In this document: piece by piece, positions 1 to 10,491 of the stretch | How the letters are laid out: every line of letters begins with the position of its first letter | Numbering within the stretch: position 1 is the first letter of the stretch | NCBI GenBank assembly: GCA_038317055.1 | Contig: JBBQBA010000003.1 | Span: 11,850-75,849 of the forward strand | Origin: Candidatus Saccharimonadales bacterium | GTDB lineage: Bacteria > Patescibacteriota > Saccharimonadia > Saccharimonadales > DATKHC01 | Direction of reading: 5' to 3' | DNA length: 64,000 nucleotides | Position numbers and translations under genes: made by a program | The notes under the pieces: generated by a model | What the model saw: the letters and a program-made list of their open reading frames with translations, nothing else | Databases searched by the model: none | Told to the model about the DNA's origin: nothing

Positions 1-507
1 AGAAGAAATAAAATTATTAAATCTGGCGATGTTGTAAGTTTAGATTTTGGTGTGACATATAATTCCATGATAACTGACGCAGCAATAACTGTAGCGGTAG
101 ATAGCAAAAATACACAACACTTAAAATTAATTGATAGTACTAAAAGATCTCTGTTAAACGGAATATCTGTTGTTAAAGATACTGTTAAAGTGGGTGATAT
201 TAGTTGTGCAGTCCAAAAAGTATTGGATCAAGGAAAATACGGAATTGTCAGAGATTTAGTAGGTCACGGTGTTGGTCATCAGCTTCATGAGGATCCGAAT
301 ATCCCTAACTACGGTAATCCAAACTCTGGTTTCCGCTTTAGTAAGGGTATGACTATAGCAATTGAACCTATGGCAACTCTCGGAAGTTATGATGTTGAGG
401 TTGATGGAGATGGATGGACAACTCGAACTATCGATGGATCTATAGCAGCACATTTTGAACATACAGTTCTAGTAACTGAGGATGGCGCTGAGATATTAAC
501 CAGTTAA
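1..507 (+). CDS. map: methionine aminopeptidase type I, C-terminal part (5' end lies upstream of the window)
   Basis: Frame 1 is open from base 1 (RRNKIIKSGDVVSLDFGVTY...) and runs into track ORF 52..507. MetAP metal-ligand motifs are present: HGVGHQLHEDP, IEPM, HFEHTV. Confidence 0.85.
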   Translation, partial: RRNKIIKSGDVVSLDFGVTYNSMITDAAITVAVDSKNTQHLKLIDSTKRSLLNGISVVKDTVKVGDISCAVQKVLDQGKYGIVRDLVGHGVGHQLHEDPNIPNYGNPNSGFRFSKGMTIAIEPMATLGSYDVEVDGDGWTTRTIDGSIAAHFEHTVLVTEDGAEILTS

Positions 508-531
508 CGAGTTGTAATTTAAGTATAAAAC

Positions 532-561
532 TTGATAGCACGAGAGAATAAGCAGTATACT
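532..561 (+). promoter_or_regulatory. putative sigma70-type promoter of ftsA (TTGATA-N18-TATACT)
   Basis: TTGATA lies at 532-537 and TATACT at 556-561. The ATG at 568 is only 6 nt past the -10 and has no Shine-Dalgarno. The track's TTG start (532) is the -35 hexamer itself. Confidence 0.45.
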
Positions 562-567
562 GCTTTC

Positions 568-1818
568 ATGCGCGATTCCCAGCCGAACCATTACTTTGGC
601 CTTGATATAGGAACGACCATGGTTAGATGTGTGGTCGGTATGGATAATCCAGAAAATCCACTTCAACCCTCAATTATAGGCTATGGTGAAGCACCTAACG
701 TAGGTATTCGTAAGGGTGTTGTAATTCATGTTGAAGATGTAGTCGATTCAATAATTCATGCAATAAACGAGGCTGAACGAATTTCAGGAGTTCAGATAAA
801 CAGGGTGACTACAAACATTAATGGTTCAAGTGTTGTAGGTATTAATTCTGAAGGTGTTATTGCGATCAGTGCTACAAATAGAGAAATAACACTTGAGGAT
901 AGTTTGAGAGTCGAAGAAGCAGCTACAATTTTACAACTACCTTCAAATAAAGAAATAGTCCAAGTATTTGCAAAGAACTTTAAACTTGATGGTCAAGAAA
1001 ATATAAAAGATCCCGTTGGAATGCACGGAATAAGGTTAGAAGTGGAATCTCACATAATTACTGCATCTACCCCCAGTCTTAAGAATCTTTATTCAGCACT
1101 AGAATCTTCTAAATTAGAAATAAATCATTTAACTGTATCTGGACTGGCTGGTGCTGAGGCAGTATTAAGCAGACAACAAAAAGAATCTGGTACGCTTTTA
1201 TTGGATATAGGAGCAAGTACAACAAATCTTGTTGTAATTGAAGATGGAGAAATACAACACGTTGCAGTTATACCTGTTGGCGGTATGAATGTAACAAACG
1301 ATTTGGCTATTGGACTTAGAATTGATCTCGATGTAGCAGAACAAGTTAAATTAAAACATGCGAACCTAAAGTCTGACAGACAAAAAGTTTGGGAGTCTGT
1401 AATCAAGTATCAAGGCGAAGAATTTACTTTCTCTACTTCTGAAATCCAGATGATTGTTGAAGCTAGACTCGATGAGCTACTTGATTTTGTTGAAAAAGAA
1501 CTAAATTCAATACATAAATCTCGTAAATTACCAGGTGGAGTTGTTATAGTGGGCGGTACCGCAAAAATTCCAGGTATAGATACATTCACTAGAGACAAAC
1601 TACAGTTACCAGCTCGTCTTGGTAAGTTGGAGAAACTACATGGACTGGTTGATACAGTTTCTGATCCTACCTACACTACCGCAGTCGGAATGATGATACT
1701 AGATATGCTCCTTGGTAGATCTGATAATTTCAATAATGGTTCATCTAAAAGCGGACCAAACTTGAATGCATTAACAAATAAGTTAATGAACAAATTAAAG
1801 CGTCCAAAGAATACATAG
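568..1818 (+). CDS. ftsA: cell division protein FtsA (actin-like ATPase)
   Basis: YFGLDIGTTMVRCVVG phosphate-1 motif and LLLDIGASTTNLVV; it lies directly upstream of ftsZ. The start is moved from the track TTG 532 to ATG 568 (see promoter). Confidence 0.9.
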   Translation: MRDSQPNHYFGLDIGTTMVRCVVGMDNPENPLQPSIIGYGEAPNVGIRKGVVIHVEDVVDSIIHAINEAERISGVQINRVTTNINGSSVVGINSEGVIAISATNREITLEDSLRVEEAATILQLPSNKEIVQVFAKNFKLDGQENIKDPVGMHGIRLEVESHIITASTPSLKNLYSALESSKLEINHLTVSGLAGAEAVLSRQQKESGTLLLDIGASTTNLVVIEDGEIQHVAVIPVGGMNVTNDLAIGLRIDLDVAEQVKLKHANLKSDRQKVWESVIKYQGEEFTFSTSEIQMIVEARLDELLDFVEKELNSIHKSRKLPGGVVIVGGTAKIPGIDTFTRDKLQLPARLGKLEKLHGLVDTVSDPTYTTAVGMMILDMLLGRSDNFNNGSSKSGPNLNALTNKLMNKLKRPKNT

Positions 1819-1910
1819 TTTTTATTTGGCTAAGTAAAATTTTAGACATTGAACAATCTGTTAGTTTTTTGGTATACTACACTCTATAACATTGGAGTTA
1901 AATTACTGAT

Positions 1911-3245
1911 ATGCCACAAGTCGCACCAGCTATTGAAACATTCGCACGAGTTAAAGTAATTGGCGTTGGAGGAGCAGGTGGAGCTGCAATCAATCGTATG
2001 GTTGAAGCCGGAGTTAACGGAGTAGAATTTATTGCCGTAAATACAGATGCTCAAGCACTTCATCATTCAAAGGCTCAACAGAAAATTCATATAGGTAAAG
2101 ATACTACTAGAGGACTTGGGGCGGGTGCTGATCCTGGCGTAGGTCGCAGAGCTGCTGAAGAGTCTCAAGAAGAAATAAAAAAAGCTGTAGATGGCGCTGA
2201 CATGGTATTTGTAACTATCGGTGCTGGAGGTGGAACTGGTAGCGGTGCGGGCTCGATAGTTGCTCAAGCTGCAACTGATACAGGAGCTCTAGTAATTGCC
2301 TTTGCTACTAAACCATTTGCATTTGAAGGCGAAAAGAGAAAACGAAACGCCGAAGTTGCGATAGATCATCTTCGTCAATCTGTTGATACGCTTATAATTA
2401 TCCCAAATGACAGACTTCTACAAACAATAGATCGACAAACTCCATTACTTGAAGCGTTCAAGGTTGCAGATGATGTACTAAGACAAGGCGTACAGGGAAT
2501 AACTGATCTAATTACTGTTCACGGTTTAATTAACTTAGACTTTGCGGACGTTAAGACCGTTATGGATGACGCTGGTTCAGCTCTGATGGGAATAGGTAGA
2601 GCTAGTGGAGAGAGTAGAGCAATTCAAGCTGCACAACAAGCAATTGAATCTCCGTTACTTGAAGTTTCAATTGATGGCGCTCGAGGAATTCTGTTTAACG
2701 TAATTGGTGGACCAGATATGACTATGCATGAGATTAACTCTGCAGCCGAAACGATAACAGCTGCTGCAGATCCCGATGCCAACATTATATTTGGTGCGAC
2801 TATTAATCCTGATCTAGAGGGAGAACTAATAATTACTGTAGTCGCCACAGGCTTTGACGCTTCATATTTCGGTAATCGACCTAAGAAATCTATAAATACA
2901 TCTAAAGGACCGAGTGATAATATCATGAATGATATAAATATGGATTTAACTGAAGATGAAGAATCAGATGCTAGTGAAGATTTCAAGAGTGACAAACCTA
3001 TGCCAAATATCTGGACATTAGATCATGAGAACGATAAAGACGTTGAAACTAAAGTATCCAAAGACTCAAAGGAAACTAAGGCTGAACAAAAAGAAGACTC
3101 AGACTTTAAAGGTGCCACAGTCGTACATAATGAAGAAGATGAAAATGAAGATAATTCATTCAAAGACGTAGAAAAGCCTTCTTTCCTAAGAAGACTAAAG
3201 AAACACAAAGATTCTAACAACGAATCTACCTCTGATAAAGAGTAA
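1911..3245 (+). CDS. ftsZ: cell division GTPase FtsZ with a long acidic C-terminal linker
   Basis: Tubulin signature GGGTGSG ([14 protein letters not shown]) and N-terminal [15 protein letters not shown] roughly 120-aa D/E/K/S-rich linker is followed by a conserved C-terminal-peptide-like PSFLRRLKK. Confidence 0.97.
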   Translation: MPQVAPAIETFARVKVIGVGGAGGAAINRMVEAGVNGVEFIAVNTDAQALHHSKAQQKIHIGKDTTRGLGAGADPGVGRRAAEESQEEIKKAVDGADMVFVTIGAGGGTGSGAGSIVAQAATDTGALVIAFATKPFAFEGEKRKRNAEVAIDHLRQSVDTLIIIPNDRLLQTIDRQTPLLEAFKVADDVLRQGVQGITDLITVHGLINLDFADVKTVMDDAGSALMGIGRASGESRAIQAAQQAIESPLLEVSIDGARGILFNVIGGPDMTMHEINSAAETITAAADPDANIIFGATINPDLEGELIITVVATGFDASYFGNRPKKSINTSKGPSDNIMNDINMDLTEDEESDASEDFKSDKPMPNIWTLDHENDKDVETKVSKDSKETKAEQKEDSDFKGATVVHNEEDENEDNSFKDVEKPSFLRRLKKHKDSNNESTSDKE

Positions 3246-3339
3246 TAATATAATCACTAACACCTTAAAATTAAAGGTAAATAATACAGCATTATTTTGT
3301 TGCAAAGCACCATACATGGAGTTATGATTTTGGGTATAG

Positions 3340-3355
3340 ACGCTATATATAGTAA
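3340..3355. promoter_or_regulatory. candidate NrdR box upstream of nrdR (acgCTATATATAGtaa)
   Basis: The perfect palindrome CTATATATAG (3343-3352) matches the core of the published NrdR-box consensus acaCwAtATaTwGtgt. It overlaps a -10-like TATAGT at 3348-3353. Confidence 0.5.
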
Positions 3356-3403
3356 TAAAAAAATAGCGATTGTACGTTCAGATTGAACAAAGGAGGTATG
3401 CAG

Positions 3404-3883
3404 ATGAAATGCAACCAATGTCATCAAGTTGATACAAAAGTTATTGAATCACGTGATGTAGCTGACGGTGATGCAATTAGACGTCGTCGTGTATGTATTA
3501 ATTGCCAGCATCGCTTTACGACATATGAGAGATTAGAACACCCTCAAATAATTGTTATAAAGAATAATGGCACAAGAGAGCTATTTAATCGCGAGAAACT
3601 TTTAGCTGGATTGTATAGCGCTTGTGAGAAAACTCCTGTAAGCAGTTTGCAACTAGAAAGACTAGTGGCAGACATTGAGCAGCAAATATATGCTTGTGGT
3701 GATCAAGAAATACCAACAGCCAACATCGGCGATATGGTAATGTCTCGTCTCCCACAACTAAACGAAGTAGCATATGTTCGTTTCGCAAGTGTATACAGAA
3801 GGTTTAAAGACATTGCTGGCTTCGAACGCGAACTTATACAGATTCGTGAACGTAAGTTAGATCAAGTTGATAAACGGGCATAA
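3404..3883 (+). CDS. nrdR: transcriptional repressor NrdR (zinc ribbon + ATP-cone)
   Basis: MKCNQCH...CINCQHRFTTYE zinc ribbon followed by an ATP-cone. AAGGAGG at 3390-3396 favours ATG 3404 (or 3398) over the track TTG 3383. Confidence 0.9.
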   Translation: MKCNQCHQVDTKVIESRDVADGDAIRRRRVCINCQHRFTTYERLEHPQIIVIKNNGTRELFNREKLLAGLYSACEKTPVSSLQLERLVADIEQQIYACGDQEIPTANIGDMVMSRLPQLNEVAYVRFASVYRRFKDIAGFERELIQIRERKLDQVDKRA

Positions 3884-4098
3884 ATTATGAGTTGCCGAGA
3901 ACTTTAAAGGCTTTTGCTACAAAAAGTAAAAACATAAAAAGGCAGAAGCTTTTAAGGTTCTAGGGAGCTCACTAACGCTACTATATTGAGATAGGCGCGC
4001 CGAACTCTAAACAAAAATTTTAAAAAAATAATAAAAAGCTTAACGATATCTTTGTGTGGGGTATGTCGTAGTAAGCATAAAAAAGTGAGGGTATTTAA

Positions 4099-6903
4099 AT
4101 GGGACAAATAACAATCCTGGGGCACAGGCGCTTCTTTACTCAGCCAAAAAGTAAGGGCTATGACCAGCTAAATTGGGTCAAACGTGACTCATTAATAACA
4201 AATCCAATGACATCCAAACCTGTTTTCGAACAGAAGGATATAGAATTTCCAGATAATTGGTCATTAAATGCAATTAACATTGTGGCTCAAAAATATTTTT
4301 CTGGTACACCTGGAACTAAAGGAAGAGAAGCATCTCTAAAACACCTAGTTAATAGAGTTGCGGATACAATAACGAGACATGGTTTACAGGAAGGCTACTT
4401 CGAAACAAAAGAAGAAGCCGAAGATTTCAGAGAAGAAATTAAATATGTATTAGCGACTCAAAGAGCAGCTTTCAATTCACCAGTATGGTTTAATATTGGT
4501 GTTCCTGAGCGTTCTCAACAAGCTAGTGCATGTTTCATTCTTGCTGTTGAAGACACTATGCCATCAATCCTTAACTGGTTTAAAGAAGAAGGTATGATAT
4601 TTAAAGGTGGTTCTGGATCTGGAATTAATCTAAGTGTTCTTCGTGGTTCAAACGAAAGCCTTGGGAAAAGCGCTGGTTCGGCATCTGGTCCTGTCAGTTT
4701 TATGCGTGGTGCTGATGCGTCAGCAGGTGCAATAAAAAGTGGTGGTAAAACTAGACGAGCTGCTAAAATGGTCATTCTAAATTCAAATCATCCTGATATT
4801 GAAGAATTTATTTGGTGTAAAGCAATTGAAGAACGTAAAGCTAGAGTCTTAGAAGAAGCTGGTTTTGATATGAATCTAGATGGTAAAGACTCATTCTCGG
4901 TTCAATACCAAAATGCCAACAATTCTGTTAGGGTTGATGATGTTTTTATGGAAGCAGTTCTTGCTGATGGTGACTATGATCTTAAATCTGTTAAAACAGG
5001 TAAGGTAATAAGAACAATAAAAGCTAGAGATCTATTTAGACAAATTAATGAGGCAGCTTGGGAATGTGCAGATCCTGGTATGCAGTTTGATACTACGGTT
5101 AATAAGTGGCACACAACTCCAAATGCTGGCCGTATTAATGGCAGTAATCCGTGCAGTGAATACATGCACTTAGACAATTCAGCCTGTAATCTCTCATCAA
5201 TAAATCTTCTAAAATATTTAAAAGATGATGACACATTTGATGTTGATGCTTTCAAGCATACTGTTGAACTTATGTTTACTGCTCAAGAAATATTAGTTGG
5301 CTATAGTAGTTATCCAACAGAGAATATTACAAAAACAGCTCGAGCATACCGACAACTTGGACTTGGTTATGCAAATTTGGGAGCACTTTTAATGGCCCAG
5401 GGACTGCCTTACGACTCAGAAGAGGGTAGAGCGCAAGCTGCTGCAATCACAGCGCTTATGACGGGTCATGCGTACGCCACAAGTGCAAAGATTGCTAATA
5501 GAGTCGGACCATTTGCTGGCTTTCACAAAGATCGTGATGAAATGCTTAATGTTATTAGGATGCATAGAGAAGCTGTATCTCAGATCGATGCAGGACTTGT
5601 ATCCGAAGAACTACTCAGTGCGGCTGCAAGTTCATGGGATGAAGCAGTTGAATTAGGCGACATGTACGGTATAAGAAATTCTCAAGCAAGTCTACTAGCT
5701 CCTACCGGTACTATTGGATTGATGATGGATTGTGATACTACCGGAATAGAGCCTGATCTAGGGCTTGTTAAAGTGAAGAAACTTGTTGGTGGTGGCACCA
5801 TGAGTATCGTAAACCAAACTGTTCCAAGAGCATTAAATGCACTTGGCTATTCAAAACCTCAGATAGATAAGATCATTGATTACATAGACATAGAAAAAAC
5901 TATAATTGGTGCACCAGATCTTAAAGACGAGCATAAAAACGTCTTTGCATGTTCGATGGGTGATAACTCAATTCATTACATGGGTCACGTAAAGATGATG
6001 GCTGCAGTTCAACCATTTCTATCTGGCGCTATTAGTAAAACTGTAAATATGCCAGAAGAAGCTACTGTTGAAGATGTTGAGCAACTTCATATCGAAGCTT
6101 GGAAAATGGGACTTAAGGCAGTAGCGATATACAGAGACAATTGTAAGGTAGGTCAACCTCTATCAATGGCTAAAAAAGAAGGCGCGGAAGAAGCTCCAGC
6201 GAAGACTGCTAATACATCTGCAACCGCAGACAACCTAGATAAGTTCATCGTTAAAGGCGCTGTTAGACGCGAACTACCAAGAATTCGTCACTCTAAGACT
6301 TTCTCGTTTACAGTATCTGACAGTCATGGATATATAACAGTTGGTGAGTACGATAACGGTAAGCCAGGTGAAATTTTTATCAACTTTGCCAAACACGGCT
6401 CAACCCTTAGAGGGATAATGGATGCCTTTGCAATATCTGTTAGTCATGGTCTTCAGTACGGAGTGCCACTAAAGAGCTACGTTAAATCATTCCTTAACAC
6501 ATCTTTTGCTCCTGCCGGTATAACTGATGATCCTCAGATTAGAACAGCTACATCGATAATCGATTTTATAGCCCGAAGGTTAGCTTTTACTTATCTTCCT
6601 TTTGACGATCTGTTAGAACTTGGATTACGATCAATAAATGATATCCCAGACAATCAAACAAGTCTTCTAGGTTCTGTAACGCCTATATCTATAGAGATGC
6701 CAATAGTTGAGGAAACCATAGTTGCAAGTGATATTCCGATACAAAGTAATATGCAAATAGGCAGTAACCTTGAACCAATAGTCACAAAAAAGTTATCTAA
6801 TGACGACACAGCACCACTTTGCTTTAACTGTGGTAATCGTACCCAACGAGCTGGTAGTTGTTATGTATGTAGTTCGTGTGGTTCCACAACCGGTTGTAGC
6901 TAA
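4099..6903 (+). CDS. nrdJ: class II (adenosylcobalamin-dependent) ribonucleotide reductase
   Basis: The 934-aa protein carries WSLNAINIVAQKYF, the active-site region NPCSEY and the radical-loop region ACNLSSINL. It ends in a Cys-rich tail, CFNCGN...CYVCSSCGSTTGC. It lies directly downstream of nrdR. Confidence 0.92.
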   Translation: MGQITILGHRRFFTQPKSKGYDQLNWVKRDSLITNPMTSKPVFEQKDIEFPDNWSLNAINIVAQKYFSGTPGTKGREASLKHLVNRVADTITRHGLQEGYFETKEEAEDFREEIKYVLATQRAAFNSPVWFNIGVPERSQQASACFILAVEDTMPSILNWFKEEGMIFKGGSGSGINLSVLRGSNESLGKSAGSASGPVSFMRGADASAGAIKSGGKTRRAAKMVILNSNHPDIEEFIWCKAIEERKARVLEEAGFDMNLDGKDSFSVQYQNANNSVRVDDVFMEAVLADGDYDLKSVKTGKVIRTIKARDLFRQINEAAWECADPGMQFDTTVNKWHTTPNAGRINGSNPCSEYMHLDNSACNLSSINLLKYLKDDDTFDVDAFKHTVELMFTAQEILVGYSSYPTENITKTARAYRQLGLGYANLGALLMAQGLPYDSEEGRAQAAAITALMTGHAYATSAKIANRVGPFAGFHKDRDEMLNVIRMHREAVSQIDAGLVSEELLSAAASSWDEAVELGDMYGIRNSQASLLAPTGTIGLMMDCDTTGIEPDLGLVKVKKLVGGGTMSIVNQTVPRALNALGYSKPQIDKIIDYIDIEKTIIGAPDLKDEHKNVFACSMGDNSIHYMGHVKMMAAVQPFLSGAISKTVNMPEEATVEDVEQLHIEAWKMGLKAVAIYRDNCKVGQPLSMAKKEGAEEAPAKTANTSATADNLDKFIVKGAVRRELPRIRHSKTFSFTVSDSHGYITVGEYDNGKPGEIFINFAKHGSTLRGIMDAFAISVSHGLQYGVPLKSYVKSFLNTSFAPAGITDDPQIRTATSIIDFIARRLAFTYLPFDDLLELGLRSINDIPDNQTSLLGSVTPISIEMPIVEETIVASDIPIQSNMQIGSNLEPIVTKKLSNDDTAPLCFNCGNRTQRAGSCYVCSSCGSTTGCS

Positions 6904-6940
6904 AGCAACTTAAATTTAAGAAAGTTGTATACTGATTAGA

Positions 6941-7204
6941 ATGAAAATGGTTATTCTATATCATCCCAATAGTGAATTCTCCAGTGCTGTCGAAGATTTT
7001 GCAGAGGCATGTGGTAAAAAATCTAGTCAAAAGATAGAGACAATTAGTCTTGAAACTACTGAAGGTGACTCAATAGCGTCCCTATACGGTCCCTTACAAT
7101 ACCCAGCAATTCTAGTAATCAGAGAAGATGGGCAACTAGTTAAGGGCTGGCAAGGTGGAAGTTTACCGGTCATAAATGAAGTAGTAGGCTACCTAGATTC
7201 CTAG
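6941..7204 (+). CDS. small hypothetical protein, possibly thioredoxin-fold but without a CxxC
   Basis: The 87-aa ORF shows a beta-alpha-beta-like pattern (VILYHPNS...YPAILVIREDGQLVKGWQG) and has only one Cys. Its position after the RNR gene is suggestive only. Confidence 0.4.
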   Translation: MKMVILYHPNSEFSSAVEDFAEACGKKSSQKIETISLETTEGDSIASLYGPLQYPAILVIREDGQLVKGWQGGSLPVINEVVGYLDS

Positions 7205-7227
7205 TAAGGCAAAAGGCTACTAGTTGC

Positions 7228-7256
7228 TTGTTATTAAATTCAGTCTCGCATATAAT
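7228..7256 (+). promoter_or_regulatory. putative promoter of the ileS leader (TTGTTA-N17-TATAAT)
   Basis: TTGTTA lies at 7228-7233 and TATAAT at 7251-7256, placing the predicted transcription start near 7263. Confidence 0.5.
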
Positions 7257-7262
7257 TCATTA

Positions 7263-7467
7263 CTGTTAAATGCGTTCAGATTATTGATCTGATAAGTGGT
7301 TATCTCCCACGAAGCAGCGAGAGGAAATCTTTTGGATAGTAGAACTCGCCGGTAATGGCATCGTAATGTCATCAATTGAGTGCTTTTGGGAATCACCTCA
7401 AAAGAAGTTGGATGGTACCGTCTACATCTGTAGATTCCAACAATTTCTTTTAGGTGATTTTTATTTT
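7263..7467 (+). promoter_or_regulatory. T-box riboswitch leader (Ile specifier) with a U-tract hairpin
   Basis: T-box sequence GUUGGAUGGUACCGUC lies at 7407-7422. The antiterminator has helix A1 (7407-7412/7436-7441), a 7-nt bulge UGGUACC (7413-7419) and helix A2 (7420-7425/7430-7435). AUC codons lie at 7360-7362 and 7371-7373. A 15-bp helix (7391-7406/7445-7459) is followed by TTTTTATTTT. The element sits directly upstream of ileS. Confidence 0.75.
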
Positions 7468-7481
7468 GAAAGGATAGAGAA

Positions 7482-10421
7482 GTGGCGGACCAACAGAAAA
7501 AACATTTTTTAGCTGATATTGAAGAATCTGTTCTTGAATTTTGGGAAAAGGAAAATATATTTCAAAAAAGCTTAGATAACAGATCAGATAGCCCGCTATT
7601 TAATTTTTATGATGGACCTCCATTTGCCAATGGAATTCCACATGTAGGACACCTGGGTCAGACTACAATTAAGGATACAGTTACCAGATATAAAACTATG
7701 CAAGGTTTTTATGTTCCACGAAGAGTTGGCTGGGACACACATGGATTACCTATTGAATATGCAATCGAGAAAGAACTTGGATTTAAGAATAAAAAAGACA
7801 TTATTGCCTACGGAATAGACAAATTTAATGAAGCTTGTCGTGCTTCCGTATATAAATATAAAAGCGAGTGGGAAAAAATGTTCAGGAGGGCTGGTAGGTG
7901 GGCAGATTTCAACGAAACATACTCAACTCTAGACGAAAACTATATTGAAAGCGTATGGTGGGTTTTCAAAACCATATTCGACAAGGGTTTAGTTTATAAA
8001 GATTTTAGAAGTTCACCATATTGCCCACGATGTGCCACCCCACTCTCTAATTTTGAACTTAATCAAGGTTATCAAGAGAATGTAAGAGACCCAAGTCTTT
8101 ACGTTAAATTTAAGATTACAGATCAGGATGCATATTTATTAGGTTGGACTACTACTCCTTGGAGTCTTCCTGGTAATGCTGCCATAGCTGTTAAACCAGA
8201 TGCTGAATACCTCTACATTGAACTTAAAGACGATGAAGGCATAACAGAAACATTGGTGATTGCACGGGATAGGCTAGAGGCACTCAATATTGAAACTTAC
8301 AAAATAGTTAAAGAAATCATAGGTAAAGACTTAATTGGACTTAGTTATGAGCCACTTTTCAAACTTAATAATTTGGAAACTTTTGACGACAAAGATAACC
8401 TTTATAAAGTTTATGGAGCAGAGTTTGTAAGTATTGACGACGGCACTGGAATTTTACACGTAGCACCTGCTTTTGGAGAAGATGATCTGATGTTAGGTAA
8501 ACAACATAAAATTCCAGTATTGATTACAATTGATGAAAATGGAGCTGTTAGAACAGACTTAGGTTTACCTATAGAATTTGGCGGTAAATTCTTCAAATCA
8601 GCAGACAATATCATTATCGAGGAACTTACTAAGTCTGGTAATGTTTATGCAGCTGAACATTTACTACATACTTATCCATTCTGTTGGCGATGTGACACAC
8701 CACTTCTTTACTATGCAACGGACTCATGGTCGATTAAAGTAACTGATCTTAAAGAGAAGCTTATCTCTAATAATCAAGATATTAATTGGACTCCAAACAA
8801 TATTAAAGATGGCAGATTTGGCAAGTGGCTCGAGCAAGTCAGAGATTGGGCTATAAGCCGAAATAGATTTTGGGGTGCTCCACTACCTGTGTGGGTAACA
8901 GATGACGGCGAATTAATAGTAATTGGTAGTGTCGAAGAGCTAAAGGAGAAAGCAATTGATCCAAGTAGGGTAACTGATCTTCATAGACCATTTATTGACG
9001 ATGTGGTAATTAAAACGGATTCAGGTAAGCTTGCCAAAAGAATACCGGAAGTATTTGATTGTTGGTTCGAGTCTGGTTCGATGCCCTATGCACAAAACCA
9101 TTATCCTTTTGAAGATACAGAAGGCTGGGAGAAAGCTTTCCCGGCAGATTTTATAGCCGAGGCTGTTGATCAGACTAGAGGTTGGTTCTACACACTTCAC
9201 GTACTCGCTACAGCTTTGTTTGATAAGCCAGCATTTGAAAATGCCATAAGCAGTGGTTGGATTGTTGCAGCAGACGGCGAGAAACTATCTAAGAGGAAAA
9301 AGAACTATGCCCCAATGGATGAAATATTTGACCAGTATGGAGTTGATAGTTTAAGGTTTTTAATCTCATCATCTCCTCTAGTTAACGGGGAAGACACAAG
9401 ATTCAGTGTAGATTTTCTAAGAGACGTCCAACGAAAAGTGTTTATGACTCTGTTTAACACTTTCACATTTTACGAGCTCTATGCAAAAGTGGATGGATGG
9501 AAACCACCTAAGGTTCTTGAAGAACCAAAATCCGATAATTTGCTCGACCAATGGATGATAGCCAGATTAAATCAAGCAATCATAGAAGTAACCGATTCCA
9601 TGGAGAACTATAGGCTAGATAAAGCTACAAGACCGATAAATGATCTGCTAGATGATCTTTCTAATTGGTTTGTAAGGAGATCAAGACGTAGATTTTGGAA
9701 AAGCCAAGATGATTTAGATAAGCAACAAGCCTACTCTACGCTTTATTACAGCTTGATTAGAACATGCCAATTATTAGCTCCTTTCGCACCGTTCTTAGCT
9801 GAAGACATCTGGAGAAAACTAACGATAGATACAGATCTGCCTGTATCGGTTCATCTAAGCGATTGGCCTATGAAAAGTGAATATAACAACGAACTTCTGA
9901 TTAAAATGAGTTTTGTAAGAGCAGCTATAACTATTGGTCTTGCACAGAGGTCAAATGAAGCAATAAAGGTCAGGCAGCCACTGAATAAAGTTACAATTTA
10001 CTCCGAAAAAGGACTTTTAGACAACAGTGATCTTAATTTATTGATTGCAGAAGAACTAAACGTTAAGAAAGTAGAAATAATAAATACCGACAAAGTAATA
10101 AACCCTGACGATAGAGTACGTATTGATACAACAATAACTGATGAGCTTAAAAGCGAAGGTATGGTGAGAGAGGTAATTAGATTTATACAGAACGCTAGAA
10201 AACAAGCCGGACTTGATGTCGATAATAGGATTAATTTGAATTTAATAACCCAAGATAAACAGTTGTCAGATGCAATTAATAAATTTTCAGAACTTATAAA
10301 AACTGAAACTCTAGCTACGAGCTTAAACAATGATAAATTATCTAGCGAAAGCAATCAGTCCAAAGTGATGATTAATGATATTAATCTAGAAGTTGAGTTG
10401 TCTAAAGCTGAATTAACTTAG
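7482..10421 (+). CDS. ileS: isoleucyl-tRNA synthetase (GTG start; type-2-like, no C-terminal Zn/Cys domain seen)
   Basis: HIGH-region PPFANGIPHVGHL, KMSKS-like KLSKRKKN and the CP1 editing region WTTTPWSLPGN. Confidence 0.96.
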   Translation: MADQQKKHFLADIEESVLEFWEKENIFQKSLDNRSDSPLFNFYDGPPFANGIPHVGHLGQTTIKDTVTRYKTMQGFYVPRRVGWDTHGLPIEYAIEKELGFKNKKDIIAYGIDKFNEACRASVYKYKSEWEKMFRRAGRWADFNETYSTLDENYIESVWWVFKTIFDKGLVYKDFRSSPYCPRCATPLSNFELNQGYQENVRDPSLYVKFKITDQDAYLLGWTTTPWSLPGNAAIAVKPDAEYLYIELKDDEGITETLVIARDRLEALNIETYKIVKEIIGKDLIGLSYEPLFKLNNLETFDDKDNLYKVYGAEFVSIDDGTGILHVAPAFGEDDLMLGKQHKIPVLITIDENGAVRTDLGLPIEFGGKFFKSADNIIIEELTKSGNVYAAEHLLHTYPFCWRCDTPLLYYATDSWSIKVTDLKEKLISNNQDINWTPNNIKDGRFGKWLEQVRDWAISRNRFWGAPLPVWVTDDGELIVIGSVEELKEKAIDPSRVTDLHRPFIDDVVIKTDSGKLAKRIPEVFDCWFESGSMPYAQNHYPFEDTEGWEKAFPADFIAEAVDQTRGWFYTLHVLATALFDKPAFENAISSGWIVAADGEKLSKRKKNYAPMDEIFDQYGVDSLRFLISSSPLVNGEDTRFSVDFLRDVQRKVFMTLFNTFTFYELYAKVDGWKPPKVLEEPKSDNLLDQWMIARLNQAIIEVTDSMENYRLDKATRPINDLLDDLSNWFVRRSRRRFWKSQDDLDKQQAYSTLYYSLIRTCQLLAPFAPFLAEDIWRKLTIDTDLPVSVHLSDWPMKSEYNNELLIKMSFVRAAITIGLAQRSNEAIKVRQPLNKVTIYSEKGLLDNSDLNLLIAEELNVKKVEIINTDKVINPDDRVRIDTTITDELKSEGMVREVIRFIQNARKQAGLDVDNRINLNLITQDKQLSDAINKFSELIKTETLATSLNNDKLSSESNQSKVMINDINLEVELSKAELT

Positions 10422-10491
10422 TTCTAACACTTTACAGCAAGGCTTCCATCTGTTAACATTTAACGATAATAAACCTATTGAGTTTGGAAAT

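Noticed and set aside
3898-3960. Long hairpin between nrdR and the B12-dependent RNR, considered as a cobalamin riboswitch.
   Set aside because: I found no B12-box-like sequence and no multi-helix junction. It is a simple 15-bp stem with G-U pairs and no U-tract, so its function is left open.
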